64,000 nt of DNA. Source: Parcubacteria group bacterium. Its GTDB lineage: Bacteria > Patescibacteriota > Minisyncoccia > Moranbacterales > GCA-2747515. Both the position numbers and the translations under genes were made by a program. This document shows, piece after piece, positions 18,913 to 27,260 of the stretch (position 1 is the first letter of the stretch; every line of letters begins with the position of its first letter). The notes beneath the pieces were generated by a model. The model did no database searches. It was not told the DNA's origin and saw nothing but the letters and a program-made list of their open reading frames with translations. Location: positions 1,495-65,494 of the forward strand of contig JBAZXC010000003.1 of assembly GCA_041660065.1 (NCBI GenBank), in the 5' to 3' direction.

Positions 18913-19296
18913 TTATGGCGAACGTATTTGGACGTTTGCCTTTCCGATTGTTTTACAGATATGAGAACCACATTTTTTGCACAATGAATGACGAATATTG
19001 CCAACTGCACGGATGTTTTTTTCTTTTGCTTTGACACCTTTTTTGCACTTGAAACATGGATAGCTTCCTCCTGACATATTCCATTTGCGCGTTTTGATTT
19101 TATTATGCAGATAGTCAGCAACAGCGTCTCCCATAAAAAAATATGGTTTTGAGCCTGGATTATAAGGCGCAAGACCATCTGCAATCCAGCGTTCTACTGT
19201 TTTGCGAGTTTTGTCGCAGATAAACGCCACGTCATCGATGGTGTATGATTGGTATTTACTAAATCTATTCTTTTTTGATGTAGTTATTTTTTTCAT
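18913..19296 (-). CDS. excisionase-like HTH DNA-binding protein with a C-terminal zinc ribbon
   Basis: 'YTIDDVAFICDKTRKTVERWIADGL' is an HTH of the MerR/Xis type. 'CFKCKKG...CKKCGSHIC' is the zinc ribbon. It is adjacent to the integrase. Confidence 0.5.
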   Translation of the reverse strand: MKKITTSKKNRFSKYQSYTIDDVAFICDKTRKTVERWIADGLAPYNPGSKPYFFMGDAVADYLHNKIKTRKWNMSGGSYPCFKCKKGVKAKEKNIRAVGNIRHSLCKKCGSHICKTIGKANVQIRSP

Positions 19297-19356
19297 AGAG
19301 TTTTTTGAGGAAAAATATTTTGATCTGCCATAAAGACACAGGAAACTCTCAAAAAC

Positions 19357-19548
19357 CTATGAGATGTATGGCAGGTCAGAATATTTTTCTTTCTTGATGA
19401 GTGTTTTTTCCTTTTCGCGTTTATTTATGCGATAGAGCAGGTCGAAAAAACCGACAAAGTTTTGATTTGCTTCGATAACTTCCTCATTCGATAATTTCTT
19501 TTGAGAGAGTTCCTCATAGAATGGTTTTTCGTCTTCAATTTTTTGCAT
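19357..19548 (-). CDS. hypothetical small protein
   Basis: 63-aa ORF only. Confidence 0.2.
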   Translation of the reverse strand: MQKIEDEKPFYEELSQKKLSNEEVIEANQNFVGFFDLLYRINKREKEKTLIKKEKYSDLPYIS

Positions 19549-19656
19549 AAATAAAAACTGATCTTATCCTTGAGACCAGTTTATATCTTTCAAGTTTAGT
19601 AAATTTTAGTAAATTTTAGTACTTTTTTACCTAATTTCAGTATATTCCACCATATT

Positions 19657-20367
19657 CTAGTAATAATTTAGCTGAAGACATTTATTCTTAATTGTTAGAA
19701 ACTCGCTAAATCCAGTCCTCTTAAGAATTTGTGCATTTATGTGGTTTTTTGCGCTATAAAATGATTTTTCATTCAATTTATGGGTCTCGTCCGTTCTAGT
19801 AATAATTTCATTTGCGGTTTGGAAATCCAATAATTGTCCAGGTGAATAATATTCATCATGCGTATCAAATAATGCACTGAGGATGTAATAAGAGGCGGTG
19901 CCAATTTCAAAATAAATAAAAGAGTCAGAAATTTTAAGTGCACCATTTGCAGTATTGAAAGAGATTTGTATATTTTGTGATTTTGTATTTTCATACAAAG
20001 AATATATATCGGAAATAGATTTTCTATTTACTTTAAGTGTGTAGTTTTGAGGCTTAGTAGATATAACTCCTCCAAATGCGGCTTTTGTTTTTATGAATGA
20101 ATCAACGAGTGGCGAATCGGAATACATGCTTCTTTCTATAGTAATAATACTTGCATTTTGCAGAAATCTTAAAACACGTCTTTGGTCGTCTGGTTTTGGC
20201 AGAGTCGAATCGGCGCTTTGAATACGGATTTCTATCTTATCACTGATGCTTGCATCAATTTCTTTTCGGATTTCTTGCAACATCCAAAAGACAGCAATCT
20301 TGAATTCTGCGCTTTGCGTTCTGATAATTTCTTTAAGATCCATATATTGAGAGTTATTTATATCCAT
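19657..20367 (-). CDS. hypothetical protein (236 aa)
   Basis: ORF, no motif recognised. Confidence 0.4.
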   Translation of the reverse strand: MDINNSQYMDLKEIIRTQSAEFKIAVFWMLQEIRKEIDASISDKIEIRIQSADSTLPKPDDQRRVLRFLQNASIITIERSMYSDSPLVDSFIKTKAAFGGVISTKPQNYTLKVNRKSISDIYSLYENTKSQNIQISFNTANGALKISDSFIYFEIGTASYYILSALFDTHDEYYSPGQLLDFQTANEIITRTDETHKLNEKSFYSAKNHINAQILKRTGFSEFLTIKNKCLQLNYY

Positions 20368-20432
20368 TTTGCTTCATTTGAGAGAAAAAATCAATATTAT
20401 TGCTTGAATTTTATCTTTTTAGATGGTACATT

Positions 20433-20562
20433 GGTAATGTCACACCCAACTGAATATTTAGCACGAATGCCGTTTTTGGCGACGAGGTTGTTCTTGGAAA
20501 GGGGCAACCTTGCTAAAAACAATTGAGCGCAACCTCGTGTTCGTGTTCAGTTGGGTGTGACA
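20433..20562. repeat. about 130-nt nested inverted-repeat structure
   Basis: Outer 16-bp inverted repeat gtcacacccaactgaa / ttcagttgggtgtgac and inner inverted repeat gacgaggttg / caacctcgtg. It sits in a divergent intergenic region and has the same architecture as 8314-8430. Confidence 0.4.
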
Positions 20563-20630
20563 ACCAGCAGGTTGTCCTTTTTTGTTTGGATAATCTTGTT
20601 GAAATAAAAATAATTTGTAATAAAAATGCT

Positions 20631-21497
20631 ATGGATAGCAATATGCCTATTGATGAGGCTCAAAAAAATCAAGAACAAAAGTGGTACAAAAAATGGTGGG
20701 TTATACTAATTGCAATAATAGTAATGTTGCCGTTTTTTTGGTTTTTTATTCCAGTTGGACTGATTGTTCTCATTTGGACTAGACAATGGAGTAATGGCGG
20801 TAAAATCGCCGCTACGATCGGTTTCATTTTATTTTTGATGACAGTCCTGGTTATAATTGGTTCTAATGCTTCAACAAAAACACAAACAACTTCAAAGGAA
20901 CAAAAGCAGGAAATTGCGAAAAATTTGCCTATTGATGATAAAAAAGAAGATTCAAATACTGGTAGTATGGCACAGGTTGTTGAACAGAATGATCAAATTA
21001 CGGAGGAAAAGAATGCAATTTCAGAAAACAGTTCGGAAATAGCCAGTCAAAATGAAAAAGTTGAAGAAGTTCAGGATATTCAAAAAACACCGAACTATGA
21101 AGTTGTTTATACAATAAATAATAAATATGGGCAAGGTGAGATTGATTTTGGAATTTTGATTGATCCAGTCGATGTACAAAGTAACTATTTCAAAGAAGAT
21201 ATAAAATTTATTGTGACAAAAGTTGTACAAGAGAAAGGAAAAAAAGTTTCTATTGATATATTAGATGATAAAAAGACTCTTGGTTTGTACCAGAAAAGTC
21301 ACTATGCTCAAAATACTTTAGGGAGAATTCTTACTCAAGATGAAATGGAGTTGATCGGAGATCACCTTGTTGCAAGTTTTTCTGGACAGTTTGGAGAAGA
21401 AATTGTACAAAATTCATTGTCGTTTTTTCCAGCAACTGGGTCCGATAATCCAAGAGTTGGTAAATATGTCGAAACTCTCAAATTTGAGGTGAAATGA
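20631..21497 (+). CDS. membrane-anchored protein with an acidic low-complexity region
   Basis: Two TM segments 'WVILIAIIVMLPFFWFFIPVGLIVLIW' and 'IGFILFLMTVLVIIG', then a Glu/Gln-rich tract. The start was set at the Met after the hairpin. Confidence 0.45.
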   Translation: MDSNMPIDEAQKNQEQKWYKKWWVILIAIIVMLPFFWFFIPVGLIVLIWTRQWSNGGKIAATIGFILFLMTVLVIIGSNASTKTQTTSKEQKQEIAKNLPIDDKKEDSNTGSMAQVVEQNDQITEEKNAISENSSEIASQNEKVEEVQDIQKTPNYEVVYTINNKYGQGEIDFGILIDPVDVQSNYFKEDIKFIVTKVVQEKGKKVSIDILDDKKTLGLYQKSHYAQNTLGRILTQDEMELIGDHLVASFSGQFGEEIVQNSLSFFPATGSDNPRVGKYVETLKFEVK

Positions 21498-21608
21498 TGT
21501 AAAAAAAGAATTTTTTTCCGATATGGTTATTTCAGTCGTTTATTCAAGGCTGCTTGATTGAACGTTCTTTTGATTGTACACTAAATTTGTATATCAGTTA
21601 TTACTTTT

Positions 21609-22520
21609 GTGATGAATAATAGAAAAAATAAGAAAAAAATAGGTGAGAATTATACTTTTATAGATTTGTTTGCTGGGATAGGGGGATTTCACCAGGCTTT
21701 TCATAATATCGGAGCTGAGTGTGTGTTTTCTTCAGAATGGGATGAAAATGCCAGAAAAACGTACGAACTCAATTTCAAAAAGATTTCTCCAAATCTTTTT
21801 GAAAAAAATAAATTTATAGGGGATATAAACTCAATCAAAAACATCAAAAAGGAGATTCCTGATTTTGACATTTTGACGGGAGGATTTCCTTGCCAGCCCT
21901 TTAGTCACGCTGGACACAGAAAGGGTTTTTTGGATACCAGAGGCACTTTATTTTTCAATATAGTCGAAATATTGAGACAAAAAAAACCAAAAGCGTTTTT
22001 TATAGAAAATGTCAGGGGATTATTGAATCATGATGATGGCAATACTTTTTCAGTAATCAAAAAAACAATAGAAGAAGAACTGAACTATTCTTTTTATCCT
22101 GAGATTATTAGAGCCTCCGATTTTGGTTTGCCCCAGCATAGACCTCGTTTATTTATGGTTGGCTTCAAAAATAAAAAGATAGAATTTGAGTTTCCAGATC
22201 CAGTTGGCTTGAAAATGAACATGTCTGACATATGGGGAGGAAAATGCAGTAGAGATGTGGGATTTACTCTCAGATGCGGTGGTAGGGGGTCTGGTTTGAA
22301 TGACAGGAGAAATTGGGACACATATTTGGTTGACGGTAAAGAAAGAAGATTGTCTTCTGCGGAGGGGAAAAAAATGATGGGATTTCCGAAAGGTTTCAAA
22401 TTTCCAGTTTCTGAAACCCAAGCAATGAGGCAGCTTGGGAATGCTGTAGCTGTGCCAGCCATTCAAGCTGTTGCACAGGCAATAATTGAATCATTGAACT
22501 CTTATGATAAAAGGAAATAA
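21609..22520 (+). CDS. DNA (cytosine-5)-methyltransferase with a short target-recognition region
   Basis: Motif I 'FIDLFAGIGGFHQAF', motif IV 'GGFPCQPFSHAG', motif VI 'ENVRGLL', motif X 'RQLGNAVAVP'. Confidence 0.85.
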   Translation: MMNNRKNKKKIGENYTFIDLFAGIGGFHQAFHNIGAECVFSSEWDENARKTYELNFKKISPNLFEKNKFIGDINSIKNIKKEIPDFDILTGGFPCQPFSHAGHRKGFLDTRGTLFFNIVEILRQKKPKAFFIENVRGLLNHDDGNTFSVIKKTIEEELNYSFYPEIIRASDFGLPQHRPRLFMVGFKNKKIEFEFPDPVGLKMNMSDIWGGKCSRDVGFTLRCGGRGSGLNDRRNWDTYLVDGKERRLSSAEGKKMMGFPKGFKFPVSETQAMRQLGNAVAVPAIQAVAQAIIESLNSYDKRK

Positions 22521-23586
22521 AGGAGAATGGAGTGAATTTTATGCTTTTCTCAAAATATTGACTGATGGCAAAATGTTTACTGCAGATAAAGATCTCGAAA
22601 TATTGAGAGATAATTATTATATTGTTTTGAAAATTATTAGAGAGGAAACTAATGGGAAGAAATCTTATGATATTTCTAAGCGGGATGGCAAAGTTGTGAT
22701 TTTTGATGAAATGATGAAATTGAGTGATGTTGTTGATTTGGAAAAAATAAAAAAAAGAGTTGCGGATATTTTTGATGAAATGAGAAAAGCGAAAGGATCT
22801 ACTTTCCAGATATTACTTGCTGAAGAGGCTATGAGGGATTTGCATTGTTCCCAGATAAAAGCATCAAGCGGACGAAAGGCGGACTTAATGATTGTTTTGC
22901 ACGACAAAAAATCACCAGCCTTTCCTGAATTGGGGTTTAGCGTGAAATCCATGCTCGGATCACCATCAACACTTTTGAATGCCTCAGGGGCGACAAATTT
23001 CGTCTATAAGGTTGCTGAAAGCGGCAAGTCTGATGAAGAGCTTGATGTGTGTAACAAATCGCTTACAGTTCGAGATAGGGCCGAATTTATCTATGATGCA
23101 GGTGGCCGTTTTGAATATTGTGGGATGGACAGTGCTAAATTTAGAAAAAACCTTAGAAAGATTGATTCGAATTTTCCAGAAATAATTGCAGAAATTGTAA
23201 GGCATTACTATGGTGGCAGGGGAAATAGCATTTCTGATTTGGTTGATCATATTTCGAAGGATGTTGATTTTTGCAAAAAGCTTGATTTAGACAAAAGTGA
23301 CTTTATTTTTAAGGTAAAGAGATTTTTATCAGATGTTGCTTTGGGCATGACTCCAAGCAGAGAATGGGATGGACATGCCAGTGCACACGGTGGATACATA
23401 ATTGTAAAAGAAAATGGAGAAATAATCTGTTATCATATCTACAATCGAGACGAATTTGAGGACTATCTTTATAATAATACAAAGCTGGATACTCCAAGTA
23501 CGACACGACATAAATTTGGCGACGTTTATGATGAAAATGGAGAGAAAAAAATCAAATATAATTTGCAGATTAGATTTATAAAATAA
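22504..23586 (+). CDS. probable type II restriction endonuclease partnered with the C5-MTase
   Basis: Its start overlaps the MTase 3' end by 17 nt, and it is followed immediately by vsr. No catalytic motif was confidently identified, so the call rests on context. Confidence 0.5.
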   Translation: MIKGNKGEWSEFYAFLKILTDGKMFTADKDLEILRDNYYIVLKIIREETNGKKSYDISKRDGKVVIFDEMMKLSDVVDLEKIKKRVADIFDEMRKAKGSTFQILLAEEAMRDLHCSQIKASSGRKADLMIVLHDKKSPAFPELGFSVKSMLGSPSTLLNASGATNFVYKVAESGKSDEELDVCNKSLTVRDRAEFIYDAGGRFEYCGMDSAKFRKNLRKIDSNFPEIIAEIVRHYYGGRGNSISDLVDHISKDVDFCKKLDLDKSDFIFKVKRFLSDVALGMTPSREWDGHASAHGGYIIVKENGEIICYHIYNRDEFEDYLYNNTKLDTPSTTRHKFGDVYDENGEKKIKYNLQIRFIK

Positions 23587-23590
23587 GCAA

Positions 23591-24019
23591 ATGGTAGATA
23601 TTTTTTCAAAAGAAAAAAGGTCCGAAATAATGTCGAAAATAAGATCAAAAGAAACCAAAATGGAGGTAAAATTCAGAAAAAAACTTTGGCATTCTGGATT
23701 TCGATATCGAAAGAACGCGTCTGGTTATTTTGGAAAACCAGATATTTTACTTAAAAAATATAGAACAGTTATTTTCATCGATTCTTGTTTCTGGCATGGA
23801 TGCAAAAAACATTTCAAACTTCCTTCAACAAGACAGAAATTTTGGAGTGAAAAGATGGTACAAAACCAAAAAAGAGATAAGGACGTTACAGGTTATTATA
23901 AAAAAAATGGTTGGAAAATTATCCGAATTTGGGAGCATGATTTGAAGAGGAATTTTCAGAAATCGTTTGACAAAACTAGTTATTTATTATTGAAAGATGA
24001 AAGTGCACGAATAAAGTAA
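23591..24019 (+). CDS. vsr: very-short-patch repair endonuclease Vsr
   Basis: 'FRYRKNASGYFGKPDILLKKYRTVIFIDSCFWHGC' is the Vsr signature, including the FxDGCFWHG-like block. Confidence 0.8.
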   Translation: MVDIFSKEKRSEIMSKIRSKETKMEVKFRKKLWHSGFRYRKNASGYFGKPDILLKKYRTVIFIDSCFWHGCKKHFKLPSTRQKFWSEKMVQNQKRDKDVTGYYKKNGWKIIRIWEHDLKRNFQKSFDKTSYLLLKDESARIK

Positions 24020-24108
24020 TGGAAATACAATTATTTTTGATCAAGAAATCGGAATTTTGATTTTTTGGAAATATCTGTTATATTGAAATTATTAAGATAT
24101 TACTATAT

Positions 24109-24606
24109 ATGGCTACAAAATACTTAAGGGCTATCGAGGTGGCGGAGTATTTTATCGCAAGAGCGTGTAAGGAAGGGGATGAAATGACGCCAAAAAAATT
24201 ACAAAAGATGCTTTATTATGCTCAAGCGTGGTTTTTGGTTTTTGAAAACAGGAGGCTTTTTGATGACAAAATAGAGGCGTGGATGCATGGACCGGCGATC
24301 TACTCCATTTATCAAGAGTATAAGATGTTCGGTTTTTTTCCAATTAGAAAGGAAATTGATAAGGATTTTTTGGATAAAATATCAGATAATACGAAGAGGT
24401 TTTTATCGGATATTTGGAAAGTGTATGGAAAATATGATGCTGATTATTTAGAAATCTTATCACATAACGAAAAACCTTGGCGTGTTGCACGCGCTGGAGT
24501 TGGCGAGTTCAATGCTTCAAAAAATGAGATTGATACAAAATTGATGAAAAGTTTTTATAAAGAACTGCTTGCTAAAACAACGGATGATGTCCAAGAATCG
24601 AAATAA
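24109..24606 (+). CDS. Panacea-domain (DUF4065, SocA/PanA-like) putative antitoxin
   Basis: 'KLQKMLYYAQAWFLVFENRRLFDDKIEAWMHGPAIYSIYQEY' matches the DUF4065 core pattern. Confidence 0.65.
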   Translation: MATKYLRAIEVAEYFIARACKEGDEMTPKKLQKMLYYAQAWFLVFENRRLFDDKIEAWMHGPAIYSIYQEYKMFGFFPIRKEIDKDFLDKISDNTKRFLSDIWKVYGKYDADYLEILSHNEKPWRVARAGVGEFNASKNEIDTKLMKSFYKELLAKTTDDVQESK

Positions 24607-25099
24607 CAAAAGAAAACAGGAGAGAAGACTTCAAAAAAAGAAGTCTTCTTTGATAGAGTGCGTTGTTGGTGTACAACGAGATGATGTAAATGAGGGTAGA
24701 GTTCCTGAAAGTGTTGCCAGTATGGGTGATGTATTTGATGATAGTGAAGTTTATTCTATAAGTTTTTCTCAATATGCCAGTAATGAATGTGAGATAGACG
24801 CAATGATTAGCAATGGAGATAAATGTTCAGGTCGAGCATTGCAACTATTGAAACTGATTGGATCGCACTGTAGCAACCTTAGGACGCTTAAACATCTTGG
24901 TTTTGAAACAAAAAAGATTGCAAACGATAATCAGTATAAAAGGTTATATAATAAACTGAAAATGTGCGGTGTGGACATAAAGGAAACTACGATTTATGAA
25001 TCATACATTTCAAATCAAGGTGGTAGAATATTTTTTTGGGTGTATGGACAAAAAAAGATGATATATATTGTTGCTATACGAAGAAATCACTACAAATAA
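24569..25099 (+). CDS. putative toxin partner, with a RelE/ParE/Gp49-like C-terminus; the true start probably lies further in (Met at 24722 or 24803)
   Basis: C-terminal 'GGRIFFWVYGQKKMIYIVAIRRNHYK' resembles the RelE/HigB/Gp49 C-terminal beta-strands. It overlaps the Panacea gene's end. Confidence 0.35.
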   Translation: MLKQRMMSKNRNNKRKQERRLQKKKSSLIECVVGVQRDDVNEGRVPESVASMGDVFDDSEVYSISFSQYASNECEIDAMISNGDKCSGRALQLLKLIGSHCSNLRTLKHLGFETKKIANDNQYKRLYNKLKMCGVDIKETTIYESYISNQGGRIFFWVYGQKKMIYIVAIRRNHYK

Positions 25100-25124
25100 T
25101 TTTTTGTAAGAATAATTGTAAAAT

Positions 25125-27119
25125 ATGCCAATAACTCAAAGTCAAACATTCTATGTAAAAAAAATATATCTGAAAAATTTTAAGAAATTCAGTAATGCTG
25201 AAATTGATTTTGGGGCTGGACTTAATTTCTTGATAGGTCCGAACAACGCTGGAAAAAGTACAATTCTTCAAGCTGTGGATATTGTTGTGGGGGATACGTG
25301 GCTTTCTGAGGATATGCTTGACCATTCTTTTTTTTATGAAGAGGAGAATAACTTTGTTGTTTGTGTGGAAATTGCCTTTCCAAACATCGGTTGTTCATCT
25401 AATAGAAACAGAATAAACTTCATTAGAAATCTGAAGCTTGCAAAAGGCAATGTTCGATCAATGGTGTATGGACAATTTTCAAATGCCACACCTCGAGAAT
25501 TTCTTGATGGAGATGAAATAGATAGCATAACAGATGTAGTTGGGGAGGATATAAATATTGAGTCCGTACATTTCTTTACTGTTGCTAAAAGAGAAGATGG
25601 TAGTCTGAGTGTTGAAAATTTCGTCGTACTTAATTTGTGTGAGCCAGTTTATAAAAATGATGGCAACTATACATCCATTCAAATTTCATTGACCAAGTGG
25701 GTGAGGAGTAATCTGATTTCATTTTTGTTTATACCAGCTGCCAGATCTGAAAATCGACAAATATTTCAAGTGGCACAACACACGTGGCTTGGCAAATATT
25801 TGAAAATTCTACAAAAAGAAAAAAATAGTGAAGTCGAAAGTTATTTTGATCAATGTCATTTGCAATCATTTCCATTGGAATTTGATAATTCTGTAAAAGA
25901 TATTCTCAAGGATCTCTTTGGTGATATAAGTGAATTGTCACTTCACACCTTTGATCATGAGCATTGTGACTCATTGTATAAATACGCTCATGTTTTTTTA
26001 TCTGATCCTTTTCTTGCTGAAATTGATAAGAAGGGTCACGGTATCCAATCTGCGAGTGCTATAGCATTGTTTTTGGGCTTTCTTGAACGAGAGGCTCTCA
26101 ATCATCCAGAATATAGCACATCTCGGAGTGGATCCGCTCCATCACACTGGGCTACGATTTTACAGATAGAAGAGCCTGAATCACACTTTCATCCTCCAGC
26201 GCGAATAAAGCTCGTATCTATTCTTAAACAGAAATTTGCTGACTCTGGGGCGCAAGTAATTGTTTCGACGCATGATGAGGGATTTGTTAAGTGGCCTTTT
26301 ATGAATGGCTCAAATTTGATATTCCCAGGTGCGATTGATCCAGACGGAAAGATCAAATCTATACTATTTCATGATGGATCGACAGATAGCACTATGGAAA
26401 TAAACTCTCGTATATTACGGTTTCAAGCGTCAACAATTTTTTCACAAAGAGTGTTGATAGTTGAGGGGTGCGAGGCGGTGTGTCTAAATGCTATTTTCAT
26501 GAGATTATTGAATGAAGACTTAGAATCTAATGCAATTACAATGGCTCAATCAGTATCTTCGCAACCAAGAACTGATCACGGAGATAGTGGCAATTTACAG
26601 CCAGCTGGTGGCGCATCTCAAATACCTGATACAGTTCAATTATATAAGCAATTGGGAATAAAAAGTGCATGTCTGATTGATATCGATTGTTTATTCAATG
26701 GTTCGATTGGAAGAATTATTGAGTCATTTGGTGGGGTACCAAGGGCTTTCATTTTTGATGAGGTGCTTACACAAGAAGAGGTGAGAGGGGGTAGTGGGAT
26801 GGTATCAGCTCAGGATATGAGAAGTATTATAGCGGCTAGCCCAGATAAAGAGCGTAGATTTAGTGATTTAGTCGAACGATTATCAAATATTGGAATTTTT
26901 GTATATAACAAAGGTGATTTTGAAGGAAATTTTACGGATAGATTTGTGAATAATTATATTAGTCGGAACAATAAAATTATTAAGGAGGCATTGTGCTATG
27001 CTATAAAAAGTAAAGCGGAAATGAGTAATACATTTGATGTGGATTGTTTGCAAAGTAATGCAAGGCAAGATTTAGAACAAGCTTTGGCATGCATAAAAGC
27101 TTTCTTTAGCACTGACTGA
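25125..27119 (+). CDS. OLD-family nuclease (N-terminal ABC-type ATPase plus C-terminal TOPRIM), class-1/GajA-like
   Basis: Walker A 'LIGPNNAGKSTILQA', Walker B/H-loop 'ILQIEEPESHFHP...VIVSTHDEGFV', TOPRIM 'RVLIVEGCEAVCLNAIF' and DxD 'ACLIDIDC'. Confidence 0.7.
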   Translation: MPITQSQTFYVKKIYLKNFKKFSNAEIDFGAGLNFLIGPNNAGKSTILQAVDIVVGDTWLSEDMLDHSFFYEEENNFVVCVEIAFPNIGCSSNRNRINFIRNLKLAKGNVRSMVYGQFSNATPREFLDGDEIDSITDVVGEDINIESVHFFTVAKREDGSLSVENFVVLNLCEPVYKNDGNYTSIQISLTKWVRSNLISFLFIPAARSENRQIFQVAQHTWLGKYLKILQKEKNSEVESYFDQCHLQSFPLEFDNSVKDILKDLFGDISELSLHTFDHEHCDSLYKYAHVFLSDPFLAEIDKKGHGIQSASAIALFLGFLEREALNHPEYSTSRSGSAPSHWATILQIEEPESHFHPPARIKLVSILKQKFADSGAQVIVSTHDEGFVKWPFMNGSNLIFPGAIDPDGKIKSILFHDGSTDSTMEINSRILRFQASTIFSQRVLIVEGCEAVCLNAIFMRLLNEDLESNAITMAQSVSSQPRTDHGDSGNLQPAGGASQIPDTVQLYKQLGIKSACLIDIDCLFNGSIGRIIESFGGVPRAFIFDEVLTQEEVRGGSGMVSAQDMRSIIAASPDKERRFSDLVERLSNIGIFVYNKGDFEGNFTDRFVNNYISRNNKIIKEALCYAIKSKAEMSNTFDVDCLQSNARQDLEQALACIKAFFSTD

Positions 27120-27222
27120 ATTGTAGCAGTCGTATTTCTTGTGATATTTCTCTCATATTTAAGTTGCGGAACATGTCCATTAGCGGGAGCCCCATACAAG
27201 ATGACATTTGAACTAAACAAGA

Positions 27223-27260
27223 AAAGAGCTTCCTGCATTTATGCAAGAAGCTCTTTTTTT
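27223..27260. terminator. bidirectional terminator hairpin between convergent genes
   Basis: agagcttcctgcat tt atgcaagaagctct, flanked by A- and T-runs. Confidence 0.5.

Noticed and set aside
24569-24720. The first about 50 codons of the ORF downstream of the Panacea gene (MLKQRMMSKNRNNKRKQERRLQKKK...)
   Set aside because: The highly basic low-complexity translation overlaps the 3' end of the Panacea CDS in another frame. It is likely not translated, and the real start is further downstream.
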